Source of the DNA: a virus
Length of the DNA stretch: 64,000 bases
Strand: one strand, 5' to 3'
IMG/VR virus record: IMGVR_UViG_3300032516_000019
Coordinates: 1-64,000 of that record
The notes below the pieces were generated by a model that did no database searches, was not told the DNA's origin, and saw nothing but the letters and a program-made list of their open reading frames with translations. The translations under genes were made by a program, and so were the position numbers. Below, in pieces: positions 16,585-26,413 of the stretch. Within the stretch, counting starts at the first letter, position 1. Every line of letters begins with the position of its first letter.

Positions 16585-16787
16585 TTCTTATTCTTTCTCG
16601 GGTCTAATCTCCCAGTTTTAAGATAAGTCTCAAATTCATCAAAGCTAAGTCCTTGCTCTTTTATGAAGTAGTAACTCAATAGTCTACTCCTTGAACGCAG
16701 CTTTGTAGAACTCCTTCCAAGAGTTCTATCGAATAACCATGTCGCCATAAATACTCTCATAGTAATAACCATTTTAATTGCATCCAA
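16581..16787 (-). CDS. Small ORF containing RLLSYYFIKEQG. May form one frameshifted gene with 16393..16584.
   Basis: Similar to residues 22-38 of ORF 18169..18354. Confidence 0.3.
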   Translation of the reverse strand: MDAIKMVITMRVFMATWLFDRTLGRSSTKLRSRSRLLSYYFIKEQGLSFDEFETYLKTGRLDPRKNKK

Positions 16788-17284
16788 AGCGGTGGTTCAA
16801 ATCCAAAACTACGTTCCGGATCAAGACAAGTAATATCTTCCCAGTTGCCATAGAATTGAATACGATTTGCATTATTCTCATTATCATATTTACGATGTTG
16901 CCACCTTATGATTATTGGATTTATTGGAATAACTCTACTATATTTTTCTCCTGATTCATCCACCATGATAACTTGATAGTTTTTCTGAGCAAGTCCATGG
17001 AGATATACTTCAGCATCTCTTGCATTATCAATGCCTTCCGCTTTTATATAAAATCCTCCTACTTCCAAATCACCAAACATAAAAAGATACTTCATGGATG
17101 GATCTTTCAAATCGTAAAGAACATAATCCAGTCCTTTTTGTCTACAATCATCAATTTCCGGATCTGCTCTCCTGAATGATAATTTGACTTTATGTTTATG
17201 TAGGACTTTATTCAAATGCTTGATTACATCATCTCTGTGATCTTCTCCAGCATCATAATCTACTTTCCGTTTAGAAGAGTCCAT
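16757..17284 (-). CDS. Hypothetical protein inside the deazaguanine cluster
   Basis: 175 aa, no motif recognised. Confidence 0.4.
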   Translation of the reverse strand: MDSSKRKVDYDAGEDHRDDVIKHLNKVLHKHKVKLSFRRADPEIDDCRQKGLDYVLYDLKDPSMKYLFMFGDLEVGGFYIKAEGIDNARDAEVYLHGLAQKNYQVIMVDESGEKYSRVIPINPIIIRWQHRKYDNENNANRIQFYGNWEDITCLDPERSFGFEPPLWMQLKWLLL

Positions 17285-18206
17285 TTTGTACTTTCATTTT
17301 AAATGCCCACGGCCATGGTTTGCTATTTTTCTCAAGATCAAGGAAATAGATGATATTCATCTCATCCCTGAGTTGATACTTATTTGAGATTCCAATCTCC
17401 ACCATTATTTCTACTTCTCGAAGGGCGGATTTATCAGTAGGTTTCTTTTCATTCCATCTCTCATTTTCCAATAAGAGATGATCTTGTTTTACCTTTTTAA
17501 ATTCAGATTTCCCAAGTTTGTATCCTTTTTCATGGATATAACGGAGAAGGATATCACGTTCTTCTTTTGGTAAAGTACTGATATGTTTACCAGCATCACT
17601 CTTTCCGGGACTCCTGCTGGACACAGCAAACTTCCAAGGGTTTAAATCATACCGCCATCTGTCATCTTTCCATCGTGGAATAAAGATAGAGCCCATCCGC
17701 CCAGTCACTACCCAACTCGTTGAGTCTACTGAGTACCAAGGATACATCATCATAATCTTTAAAGAGGTGACGGCAAAGCCATGAACTTTAATCTTTGGCA
17801 TTCCATCCTGATCACAGATATGCTCGGAGAAACAAATATTAAGCCATGGAATCAATGTCGCTCCTGAATTACCTGCCACACCAAGAGCTATATAATCATA
17901 GTGCTTTACATAGTAATCAAGGTATTTCATTGGTTCTCCAAAGTGAAAACAGGGCATTGGTTTCAATCCAGCCTTTTCCATGTATTTCTGATTCTCCAAA
18001 GTCAGCTTAGCAGATGCTTCGTTCATCTCTGTCTGCTTTGTTTTATGACGCATAGGAATACCATCAAGGTTTGCATAAACCTCAATCATTTCCTGATGAT
18101 CCTTTATAAATTGGATATATTCGTCAATGTTGATAGCAGTGCCCTGAGTCCATGCGGAGAAAGCTCCACTATCCAGGAACAGGTCTACTTTTCGATCTTC
18201 TTTCAT
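17271..18206 (-). CDS. Putative TGT-family DNA transglycosylase (DpdA-like)
   Basis: N-terminal [12 protein letters not shown] resembles the TGT LTDSGGFQ motif. Its position next to folE/queDEC matches phage dpdA loci. Confidence 0.45.
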   Translation of the reverse strand: MKEDRKVDLFLDSGAFSAWTQGTAINIDEYIQFIKDHQEMIEVYANLDGIPMRHKTKQTEMNEASAKLTLENQKYMEKAGLKPMPCFHFGEPMKYLDYYVKHYDYIALGVAGNSGATLIPWLNICFSEHICDQDGMPKIKVHGFAVTSLKIMMMYPWYSVDSTSWVVTGRMGSIFIPRWKDDRWRYDLNPWKFAVSSRSPGKSDAGKHISTLPKEERDILLRYIHEKGYKLGKSEFKKVKQDHLLLENERWNEKKPTDKSALREVEIMVEIGISNKYQLRDEMNIIYFLDLEKNSKPWPWAFKMKVQNGLF

Positions 18207-18354
18207 ATTTCCATCTGATTAATTGAAATGCATAAGGAACCCCGAATTGATTCTCCTGAATATCCCAGTAGGATAACAGGCGATTAGAAAGTAGCCTTTG
18301 CCACTCCTTCTCGCGAGATTCAATGCCAGGGGTTCCCGCTAAATAGATTTTCAT
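18169..18354 (-). CDS. Small ORF with [10 protein letters not shown]...RLLSYWD motif (paralog 3)
   Basis: [32 protein letters not shown]. Overlaps the start of the DpdA-like gene. Confidence 0.3.
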   Translation of the reverse strand: MKIYLAGTPGIESREKEWQRLLSNRLLSYWDIQENQFGVPYAFQLIRWKYERRSKSRPVPG

Positions 18355-18929
18355 CTGTTTAATAATTGCATAAGTTCTTGTCTTGCTGTAGGATTTGAGA
18401 AGAATATTCCCTTCAGGCTTGATGTTACCATAAAGGAGTTTTGTTTATTACATCCTCTCATCCGCATACACATATGCTCTGCTTCTATAATACAGGCAGC
18501 ACCCAATGGTTTCAAATAATCCATCAGAGCTTTGGTGACCTGTTCTCCGATCCGTTCCTGGATTTGTAATCGCCGAGCATAAATATCCACAAGGCGAGCA
18601 AGCTTGGAGATTCCAATGACATGCTCACCAGGGATGTAAGCCACATGGACTTTCCCAAAGAAGGGAAGCATGTGATGTTCACACATGGAGTAGATTTCAG
18701 CATCTTTTAATAGGACTATCTGATCGTATGTTCCTGCATCAAATACAGTTAGAATATCCTTCGGGTCTTTCCCATAGCCAGCATATAACTCTTTCCATGA
18801 TTTAACAACCCTCCTTGGAGTACTCAGCAATCCTTCTCTATTGATGTCTTCTCCAATTTCGATCAGTTGTTCCATAATTAGTTCATCTGCTTTGGAAAAG
18901 AGAACTTCATCTTTGTCATTTTTATTCAT
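18351..18929 (-). CDS. folE: GTP cyclohydrolase I (FolE)
   Basis: EHMCMRMRG signature, 192 aa. Confidence 0.85.
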   Translation of the reverse strand: MNKNDKDEVLFSKADELIMEQLIEIGEDINREGLLSTPRRVVKSWKELYAGYGKDPKDILTVFDAGTYDQIVLLKDAEIYSMCEHHMLPFFGKVHVAYIPGEHVIGISKLARLVDIYARRLQIQERIGEQVTKALMDYLKPLGAACIIEAEHMCMRMRGCNKQNSFMVTSSLKGIFFSNPTARQELMQLLNR

Positions 18930-19921
18930 AATAATCGTTTCGCTATAGGTTTCTCAATTACTAATAATACCTCAGCAGCAGCTTCCGGATATAAGATTGG
19001 CATAAAAGCCATCAACCATGCTGTTGGCAAATATTCTTTCATCAGCTCATACCTCTTTTTTATAGAAGGATGTTGAGTAACCAACCATGCTTCGAATGGT
19101 CTCACCTTCCCTACGAGTCCATACTCATGAACTATAGAAAATCCAATTTCTCCTAACGCATCTCTTAATTCATGAATATCCCATTCATAAATATGAGCAG
19201 CATACTGAGTGTCATAAGGATCTTTTTTATCCGTAGTATTTGGACAAGATAAAAACATCTGATGTCCTGGTTTAAGAGCAGTATAGCAATTCTCCAGTGA
19301 TTTATAACCTGCTTCCTTTTGCATGTGCTCTATAGCGGATGTATAGATGATGTAATCAATTGAATCAGCTTTTAGTACTTCATCCATCTCTTCTACGCTG
19401 GAGATGATGTGAGTGACTGTAAAAGGATAGTACTCATGCATATCCTCAATCTTCTTAACTCCTGACCTGCGTTCCTGCTCCCTTATATTAGTTTCAGATA
19501 TATCCACCCCGATATATTCCGCAATCTCGGGGCGGTAATACCTGATTAATGGTAAGAGCAGTCCGCGACCACAGCAGACGTCTAATACCCTCCATCCCTT
19601 TTTCATTTTGAGCACCGCAGCATGATGCTGGATGTAATTCATCACGTCAAGGGAAGAGAAGAACCCGTCTGCCATTTGGGCATAGAAGTTACGCATCTGA
19701 TATGTGGTGCAGTATACTTCTGACGGGTCTACTCCTTCGTCTATTTTATAGACAATTTTCCTTTCCGCCACCTTATTTTGCTTTGAACTTCGGGTTCTTT
19801 TCAATAGCGGCTTTTTTGGTGTCGAATCCCATCTTGGACAGCCACAGTTTCGTGACCACGAGATTCTTTTTGTAATCAGTATCCACCCCTTCATCAACCA
19901 TTGCCTGAGCCATTTCCTCAA
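18926..19921 (-). CDS. Class I SAM-dependent methyltransferase
   Basis: Motif [10 protein letters not shown] and post-I IGVDIS. Confidence 0.75.
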   Translation of the reverse strand: MRKWLRQWLMKGWILITKRISWSRNCGCPRWDSTPKKPLLKRTRSSKQNKVAERKIVYKIDEGVDPSEVYCTTYQMRNFYAQMADGFFSSLDVMNYIQHHAAVLKMKKGWRVLDVCCGRGLLLPLIRYYRPEIAEYIGVDISETNIREQERRSGVKKIEDMHEYYPFTVTHIISSVEEMDEVLKADSIDYIIYTSAIEHMQKEAGYKSLENCYTALKPGHQMFLSCPNTTDKKDPYDTQYAAHIYEWDIHELRDALGEIGFSIVHEYGLVGKVRPFEAWLVTQHPSIKKRYELMKEYLPTAWLMAFMPILYPEAAAEVLLVIEKPIAKRLL

Positions 19922-20384
19922 TGGTGCCTCCGGTCTTGGTGGTAAGAAAACCTTCGATTATGGATTTCTTTGTCTTCCCAGCTTTCTTCGGAGCTGCGGC
20001 AGCTTTCTTTGCGGGTTTTGCTTTTGCTTCAGGTTCTGGCTCTGCTTCAGGTTCTGGTTCATCTTCGTCATTCTCAGGGATTACCACTTTCCTTTTCCCT
20101 GCATTTACCGGAGCGTCAGCTACATTCTTTTTGTGGATTTTCTCAGCAGCAGCCTGTTCAGTATCATCCGCATCTTCTTTTACCTTTCCGGTAAGAACAT
20201 CAAGAACCAACTGGGTTCCTTTTGTGAATACATCTCCTGGTTTTACCAGTTCAGGATCTTCAGCAACTTCTTTGATTTCATTTGCAAGGATCTTGGCAGG
20301 TCCGCCTGCATTGATTTCCGGATCGAGACCGATTTTCTCGTTCAATTCTTTTGCGGCTACGCGCAATTGTTTTTCTGTTAACAT
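19773..20384 (-). CDS. Low-complexity K/A/E/P-rich protein, histone-H1-like
   Basis: EDEPEPEAEPEPEAKAKPAKKAAAAPKKAGKTKK in the central region. Confidence 0.4.
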   Translation of the reverse strand: MLTEKQLRVAAKELNEKIGLDPEINAGGPAKILANEIKEVAEDPELVKPGDVFTKGTQLVLDVLTGKVKEDADDTEQAAAEKIHKKNVADAPVNAGKRKVVIPENDEDEPEPEAEPEPEAKAKPAKKAAAAPKKAGKTKKSIIEGFLTTKTGGTIEEMAQAMVDEGVDTDYKKNLVVTKLWLSKMGFDTKKAAIEKNPKFKAK

Positions 20385-20490
20385 AGTCTTGAAATTTTGG
20401 TTAAATAAAATGAATGATTAAATAATTAGGTTAAAGATAATAACTATTTTTGAATAAAAAAACTATTTTAATGAAATTTTTAAATATATT

Positions 20491-21264
20491 TTAAACCCCA
20501 GTCTTTTTATCCCATAGAACAATATGTTCCCGAGTAGCATACCTTACGGAGTTCTCCACTGCCAGCTCAAATGCGATTGACTTATGCAGATCCAGTTCTA
20601 CTCTTGTAGCTCCTTCTGGCATAAGGATAACCTGATCTTTTCTAATAAGCTGTGGCATCAGAAATCCTACATCAATTTCATTCCAATCTTCTTCACTGGA
20701 TACCACGAATTTGAACCAGGAATTTGGTAATTGAGACATATAATGGATGACTTCCGGCTTCCATCTCTTTTCAAATGGATTTTTACTATTCTCAAGTTTT
20801 GGAGAATTATTCCAGCAATCTACCAAACCAACCATTCTTGGCATTGGTTTGATCACACACTCATTCTCTACTTCTATGAAAGGTTTAAATCCAAACCTCT
20901 CAATAAACTCATTTAAGAAATCTATCAAAGAAACCTGTTGGAGTAAAGGACTTCCACCAGTAAGAACTAGATGTTGTCCTTTACTTAGTTGATAAATAAA
21001 GTGAAGAGGCATCAATTCAAACAATTCATCAAAGGAATAAGGACTACCATATCTCCACACTTCGTTAGTATCACAAAAAGAGCAATCAAGAGAACATCTT
21101 TGCATCCTGAGAAAAGATGCTGGCTGACCTATATTGATTCCTTCTCCTTGAATAGTATCATAAAAGAACTCTGATATGTTTAAAAAGTTCTTTCCATCTT
21201 TCTTAAAATCCTTTCTTGTTTTATAAGAATCGGCAGGAATAATTTGCTTTACCATATTAGTCAT
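20491..21264 (-). CDS. queE: 7-carboxy-7-deazaguanine synthase (QueE), radical SAM
   Basis: FYDTIQGEGINIGQPASFLRMQRCSLDCSFCDT. Confidence 0.8.
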   Translation of the reverse strand: MTNMVKQIIPADSYKTRKDFKKDGKNFLNISEFFYDTIQGEGINIGQPASFLRMQRCSLDCSFCDTNEVWRYGSPYSFDELFELMPLHFIYQLSKGQHLVLTGGSPLLQQVSLIDFLNEFIERFGFKPFIEVENECVIKPMPRMVGLVDCWNNSPKLENSKNPFEKRWKPEVIHYMSQLPNSWFKFVVSSEEDWNEIDVGFLMPQLIRKDQVILMPEGATRVELDLHKSIAFELAVENSVRYATREHIVLWDKKTGV

Positions 21265-21619
21265 ATTGTGGATAATAAATAGCTTCTGTCTTCTCTGTCT
21301 CTTTTACTGATACAGATGATAATTGTGGGAATTGAGCTGTAAATTGCAGGAATACTACCTTGGCTATATTCTCAGCTGTAGGATTGACTGTCATAGTATC
21401 ATTGAGATGTCTATGATCCCATTTCTCATCAATCCATTTCTTAATAGGTTCCAAAGCCCTATAGTCGGTAACAAATCCTACATCATTTAAAATAGAAGAT
21501 GATAATTCCACAGTAATAATGTAGTTATGACCATGCAACCTTGAACAGGGATGGTCTGCAGGCAAGCCGTTTAGGATATGGCTTGCGCTAAAATGAAACT
21601 CTTTTCTAATCTTGTACAT
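21257..21619 (-). CDS. queD: 6-carboxy-5,6,7,8-tetrahydropterin synthase (QueD)
   Basis: CSRLHGHNY is the Cx3HGH zinc motif, 120 aa. Confidence 0.85.
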   Translation of the reverse strand: MYKIRKEFHFSASHILNGLPADHPCSRLHGHNYIITVELSSSILNDVGFVTDYRALEPIKKWIDEKWDHRHLNDTMTVNPTAENIAKVVFLQFTAQFPQLSSVSVKETEKTEAIYYPQYD

Positions 21620-21631
21620 GATTTTTTAGTT

Positions 21632-21886
21632 TTAATCTATTCTACCTTGTCTACTAAATTTTAATTCTCCGTGAATTGATCTTTGATAAGATCCTTTTCC
21701 TACCTGTCTTTTTAAACCAGTTTGGGGATCTGTCCGTTGTCCTGATGCTAACCACACTAACCGATCTCTATTTCTTTCTTGCCTTCTCTGTTCTGTTCTT
21801 TCAGATGCTTTATTGGTCTGAAAATAGTTTTTAAATATATTCCTACTTGTTAAGTAGTGGAATAATTCATTGTTCATCCTTGCCAT
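21632..21886 (-). CDS. Hypothetical basic protein
   Basis: 84 aa, Arg/Gln-rich. Confidence 0.3.
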   Translation of the reverse strand: MARMNNELFHYLTSRNIFKNYFQTNKASERTEQRRQERNRDRLVWLASGQRTDPQTGLKRQVGKGSYQRSIHGELKFSRQGRID

Positions 21887-22706
21887 AATCTTTCTTTTTT
21901 AATGGAAACATTTTTTTAATCTCTTCTTCATAATTAATTTTTATCAAACCCTGGTTCCAAATTCTATGTTCTTTGACTGATTGCTCACTAATCCACCAAT
22001 GGAATGCTTCATAAGGATCATCAAAGAATTTCTTTAGGACTCCTCCTTTGTCAATATTCTTTTTTATCGCTTTGATTGTCGCATAAACATAACGCGGATT
22101 TATTTTATATCCTCTGATTCTCTGATTAATGGTGGTAAGTGGACAACCAACACATCCAAGTCTTTCAAATCCTAAATCATACCAGGGAGACCAAGGTAAA
22201 TGATTTTCATAAGTATATTTCCAAACATCATTGGTAGTCCAGTTTAACATAGGATAAGCATGTATCTTTCCTTTTATCCTTGTATCACAGGATTCCGGTT
22301 CCAGTAATGCTGATAATCTCTTTCCTCTTAATACTCCTTCATCAATCCTGACTCCTTCAAATACTCTACTTCCTTTACCTATATACTCCTTTAGTTGATG
22401 ACAACATTGTCTCCTATGTCGTGATGGTAATCCTTCATGCTCAATGATCTGATAGAATGATTTTTTCGGTTGCTTAATGATTACATCAGGAAAAAAGCTC
22501 CTGATAAATCCGATATGCCCCGGCGGATCTATGGTCGTATTCGAGTAGACATAGGTGAATTTTAAATCTGTTGCCTTGGCCAAATGATATAGCACGACCG
22601 AGTCTTTCCCGCCCGAAAACGCGATTATATTCTCTACCTTTGGATCATAGAGATTCTTGATCAGCTTTATGCTCTGCTCTGCCAGATTCATTCTGTAACC
22701 TCCCAA
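21867..22706 (-). CDS. PP-loop ATP pyrophosphatase (QueC-like or PAPS-reductase-like)
   Basis: IAFSGGKDSVVL is the SGGxDS P-loop. C-terminal Cys cluster GCVGCP. Confidence 0.65.
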   Translation of the reverse strand: MGGYRMNLAEQSIKLIKNLYDPKVENIIAFSGGKDSVVLYHLAKATDLKFTYVYSNTTIDPPGHIGFIRSFFPDVIIKQPKKSFYQIIEHEGLPSRHRRQCCHQLKEYIGKGSRVFEGVRIDEGVLRGKRLSALLEPESCDTRIKGKIHAYPMLNWTTNDVWKYTYENHLPWSPWYDLGFERLGCVGCPLTTINQRIRGYKINPRYVYATIKAIKKNIDKGGVLKKFFDDPYEAFHWWISEQSVKEHRIWNQGLIKINYEEEIKKMFPLKKKDYGKDEQ

Positions 22707-23926
22707 TGAGTTTCTTTATCATTATGTCCCTGAGTAAAATGTAAAGAGAAATTAGGAAAGCTCCTCCCTCCTGATCTCTGTTTATCCTTACTCAAAGTAA
22801 ACCACGCTTCTCCATCAGTGATATCTTTACTACCATGATTCGATAACCGAAAGATATTATGCGCCATAGCTCCCATAGCAGAAGCTCCTCTTAATCCTCT
22901 TTTACTATCCTTTCCAGCATGATGGAGTAGGATACATGCCACATCCAATGCCCGCAGATCCCTGAGAAATGGATTGATCTTATTATTCCATTCAGAGTTA
23001 CTATTCTCATCCTCCAATCCAAATAAGGTACTTGCACTATCCAGTATGACTAATTGATAGCTTGAATGCTCTTTAAGCCAGCGGATAATCTTCATCTGAT
23101 TCTCTCTACTGGATAGGAAAAAGGAATCCTCTGTAGCTAATTGATATTCAGGAACTGAGAATATCTTCATCCTATACTCTCCTTGCTGACAACCCATCCA
23201 CTCAAATTTACTAAACCTCTCTTCCATTTCCAGCTCACCTATTTCTCCATCAAGGTATAAACATCCGGTCTGATTCTTTACTAACCACTCATCTATGTCA
23301 TGATCCATAAAATTCTTAGTTCCAAGCATATAAGCCACAAGCAAAGCCAGTAATGATTTCCCAGTTCCATATTGACCATAAATAATTGTAACCTGTCCTG
23401 CTCTTAACCAAGGTTTCATAAACATCATTGGAGACTTTTTCTTTTCCCTTCTGATCTGAGCAATGGATCGTATGAAATCATTTATATCATGTGTAATTCC
23501 TTTTAATGGTTTGAAACTATAGATCATCTTTTCCGCCTCTGAGGTCTGACCAGCAAGCAATAAAGCACTTACCTGCTCTTTGAATAGAGTAAGATGACGT
23601 TCATTAAAATACTTTTTCGTTTCATCCAGGAGGTAGGTCAAATCAAATGGTTCTCCAGTATGTTCTTTACTAAGGCTTGGTAGAATATCCTGCTCAATTT
23701 CCTCAGCCATAGTCTTGGGGAAATTAGCTGCTTTGATTTTACTAAAAAATATTCCTTCTATGTCACCGCCTGGAGCTTTCTGATATTTGTCAAAGTATTC
23801 CCAACACCACCCTGCCATTCTCTTTGCGGTAGCAGATTCCAATAAAGCGGTATTCCATATACTTTTAATCTGAGTACAATAGTCAGTAGATGTTATTAAT
23901 CCGATTATTACTTTCCGTTCAATCAT
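22688..23926 (-). CDS. Replicative helicase, DnaB-like RecA-fold ATPase
   Basis: IIYGQYGTGKSLLAL is Walker A. LVILDS is Walker B/H3. LLHHAGK is H4. Confidence 0.65.
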   Translation of the reverse strand: MIERKVIIGLITSTDYCTQIKSIWNTALLESATAKRMAGWCWEYFDKYQKAPGGDIEGIFFSKIKAANFPKTMAEEIEQDILPSLSKEHTGEPFDLTYLLDETKKYFNERHLTLFKEQVSALLLAGQTSEAEKMIYSFKPLKGITHDINDFIRSIAQIRREKKKSPMMFMKPWLRAGQVTIIYGQYGTGKSLLALLVAYMLGTKNFMDHDIDEWLVKNQTGCLYLDGEIGELEMEERFSKFEWMGCQQGEYRMKIFSVPEYQLATEDSFFLSSRENQMKIIRWLKEHSSYQLVILDSASTLFGLEDENSNSEWNNKINPFLRDLRALDVACILLHHAGKDSKRGLRGASAMGAMAHNIFRLSNHGSKDITDGEAWFTLSKDKQRSGGRSFPNFSLHFTQGHNDKETHWEVTE

Positions 23927-24567
23927 GGAATATATATTTCTCCTGATACACTGTGAACATATTTACCTTTTTTCTCATTCCATACATACCTTATACCATC
24001 ATCAATGATATCTTTGTGATATTCCTTTGGTTTGAATGGGCGATTATCTCTTTCCATAGCTCCTTCTAACTTTATAAATTTTTCTCGTAAGGAAGAACCT
24101 GACTCTATTATTGGAATCCATTCTCCACCTATATTTTTTCTATACCATTGGAGAGCAGTTTCTATTCGCTCATAGGAAATTTTATTCATATCTGCTAATT
24201 TCCTGATATCATTTGCCCATGCTTTCTTCTGGCGAGTAGTATGGGTTATATTTTTCTTATGTTTAATTATATTGGAAAGATATTCTGCAAGTGGATAATA
24301 GGTATCATTCTTTTCTACTACAGTCGATTTCTTCTTTTGTTTAAGGGGTCTAATGTTTTCATCATTGGTCGGATCATCAATTATATCGACCAATGATATT
24401 AGATTCTTATTATATATATGGTCGAGATAGAGAGTCTTCGGAATTTGCTGAGGAATAATATGTAGCTCCATGGAATAAGTTTGACCCATCTTGTCAACTA
24501 AGTAGAGGTGGTTAGGGATTGGAATGATTATAACTTCTGGAGGTGGAATAGTCCTTATTCGTTTCAT
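23923..24567 (-). CDS. Hypothetical protein, possibly a helicase loader or replication organiser (weak)
   Basis: 214 aa, immediately upstream of the helicase with a stop/start overlap. Confidence 0.3.
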   Translation of the reverse strand: MKRIRTIPPPEVIIIPIPNHLYLVDKMGQTYSMELHIIPQQIPKTLYLDHIYNKNLISLVDIIDDPTNDENIRPLKQKKKSTVVEKNDTYYPLAEYLSNIIKHKKNITHTTRQKKAWANDIRKLADMNKISYERIETALQWYRKNIGGEWIPIIESGSSLREKFIKLEGAMERDNRPFKPKEYHKDIIDDGIRYVWNEKKGKYVHSVSGEIYIP

Positions 24568-24578
24568 GATTAGAGAAT

Positions 24579-24624
24579 AAAAAAGATCAAGGGTTCTGGT
24601 GAGTTGGCACCGTCCCCCTTGATC
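24579..24624 (-). terminator. Hairpin (9-bp stem GATCAAGGG/CCCTTGATC) followed by a T-run on the minus strand. Terminator-like.
   Basis: Stem 24585-24593 pairs with 24616-24624. The A6 run at 24579-24584 is a U-run on the minus strand. The loop is long at about 22 nt. Confidence 0.3.
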
Positions 24625-24774
24625 CTACCAAAACCGCAAAAAATGGTATCTTTTTTGTGTCCAACTACACATGATGAAATATTTTATTAATCCGATATCA
24701 AAGATAAATAGTCATTTTTTGAAATCCAAATGGAATCAAAAATATTTTTTTTGTATTTTTTAATTGCTTGAGTA

Positions 24775-25236
24775 TCAAATCTTTTTGTATTTTTTTACAA
24801 TGGATAAATCCCAAATACATCCGCTGGATACATCCCATCCATAAAACCACATACAATCAAACATAGGATTGAAACCCCATTCTTTTATCTTGTGATAATT
24901 TTGTATTTCTATACCAGGGTACCATTGTTTTACTTTTTCCCAGTCTACTTCTTTGATAAGATCACTATAATCAGAGACCGATTCAAATTCTTCTCTGAAT
25001 CTATCTACTTGATGTATTGTTTTGAGAATAAGTATTTTACTTTCATCAATGGTCAATTCAATATTATATTTCTTAATCCAATGATTCATATTATCCCTGC
25101 ACCAGTCTTCCCATTCCCCGTCAATTGAATACCAAAGACCGTTTGGTTTAAATGCTCGAGGTCCTCCCTGTTTATAAACTTTTGTAAGGTCTAACTCCGC
25201 AGAGTCAGTGTTTATTACTCGCTTCATTTTAAGCAC
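24775..25236 (-). CDS. Hypothetical protein
   Basis: 153-aa ORF. Confidence 0.4.
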   Translation of the reverse strand: MLKMKRVINTDSAELDLTKVYKQGGPRAFKPNGLWYSIDGEWEDWCRDNMNHWIKKYNIELTIDESKILILKTIHQVDRFREEFESVSDYSDLIKEVDWEKVKQWYPGIEIQNYHKIKEWGFNPMFDCMWFYGWDVSSGCIWDLSIVKKYKKI

Positions 25237-25487
25237 TAATTAATTATTTCAAGTTGCAGGTTTGTAAAAGGCATCCCTCCATGCGGTTCACACCTGAAGT
25301 GATCTCCGAAGTATTCAAGAGCTCCTACGTTCTTTTGATAATACTCAACAATATCTTTGGGAGGATGTTCCCAATTCCAGAGTTTGTTTACATCTCCAAA
25401 ATACAATGATTTGTATCGGGCATCAATACATTTGAAGACTGGTCTATTCCAGTCATCAACACCTTTAAATTTTAATTGAATTATCAT
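25236..25487 (-). CDS. Hypothetical protein
   Basis: 83-aa ORF. Confidence 0.4.
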   Translation of the reverse strand: MIIQLKFKGVDDWNRPVFKCIDARYKSLYFGDVNKLWNWEHPPKDIVEYYQKNVGALEYFGDHFRCEPHGGMPFTNLQLEIIN

Positions 25488-26413
25488 TTCATTATTTGTT
25501 TAACAATATAATCTGCATCTTCTTGTTTCAGACTTCCGGGATCTGTTCCCTGCATAGCTTCCAGTAGTCCTCCCTTCCATATTACTTGGAAGGCATCTAC
25601 TCCACGGAATCGTAGATCAGCAACTAATTTCTTTGCTTGAATATCCGCCTGCGGATCTGTATCAAAGAATACCGCCACCCTCTTAAAGTTTTTCGCAATG
25701 ACACGTAGCTGTTCCGGAGTATATTTAATACCAAAACAAGCAAAACTGCCGGGACCCAAACGCCAACAATCAATAGGACCCTCGCAACAAATACCAGTAG
25801 ATTTCCAATGTTCTTGCTTACCATATAATATGTGTTTATGAGGAATTAATTCTCTATCTTTCGGACAAGTGATATAACGTAAAGGACTCCTATCTGTGAC
25901 ATCCCTGGAAGTAAATGAAACCTCCTGTGAATTCCAAATGATGGGTATGATAATCCTATGCTTAAAGTCTATATTGTCCAAGCGACTTACAGGGCCTGTC
26001 CCACTAAGTGTCCAAATCTTTGATACCCTGATATGATCAAAATTACGGGCTTGTAAATACCTGATGTGATTGGCCAACAAAGGGCTTGTATTTGATGGGA
26101 GACAATGATCTTTTTTATTCTCCTTTACTACAGGCTTATAAGTATCTCTTGGAATTAAGAGTCCGTACTTCTTTATTAGCTTCCTGGTTTCGACTTCAGA
26201 TAGATCAATCAGACGGGAAACCGTGGGAACAATAGGATGCCAACCACATCTCCAACAATAATAATAATTCCCAGCCATCTCAAAGCCAAGGTGATAACCG
26301 GGATTCCCTTCACACCAAGGGCACTCAACATTAGCCCACCCTGGTCTTGAATGTTTATGTCCTTCGGTTACGAAGTCGACTGAGAAATCCTGATATAACT
26401 GAACGATATCCAT
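25484..26413 (-). CDS. DnaG-like DNA primase (Zn ribbon plus TOPRIM)
   Basis: CPWC...CWRC zinc ribbon. EGPIDC and FFDTDPQAD are TOPRIM acidic motifs. Confidence 0.75.
   Translation of the reverse strand: MDIVQLYQDFSVDFVTEGHKHSRPGWANVECPWCEGNPGYHLGFEMAGNYYYCWRCGWHPIVPTVSRLIDLSEVETRKLIKKYGLLIPRDTYKPVVKENKKDHCLPSNTSPLLANHIRYLQARNFDHIRVSKIWTLSGTGPVSRLDNIDFKHRIIIPIIWNSQEVSFTSRDVTDRSPLRYITCPKDRELIPHKHILYGKQEHWKSTGICCEGPIDCWRLGPGSFACFGIKYTPEQLRVIAKNFKRVAVFFDTDPQADIQAKKLVADLRFRGVDAFQVIWKGGLLEAMQGTDPGSLKQEDADYIVKQIMK

Noticed and set aside
5561-20421. Plus-strand ORFs within the early module
   Set aside because: The ORFs are 2839..3105, 5561..5794, 6728..6940, 7832..8092, 8108..8356, 10194..10388, 10962..11270, 11626..12006, 13086..13283, 13689..13953, 15861..16172, 16973..17179, 17901..18218, 19921..20421, 19970..20194 and 20133..20381. 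All are antisense to motif-supported minus-strand genes. Several are low-complexity mirror images of the acidic or lysine-rich repeats.
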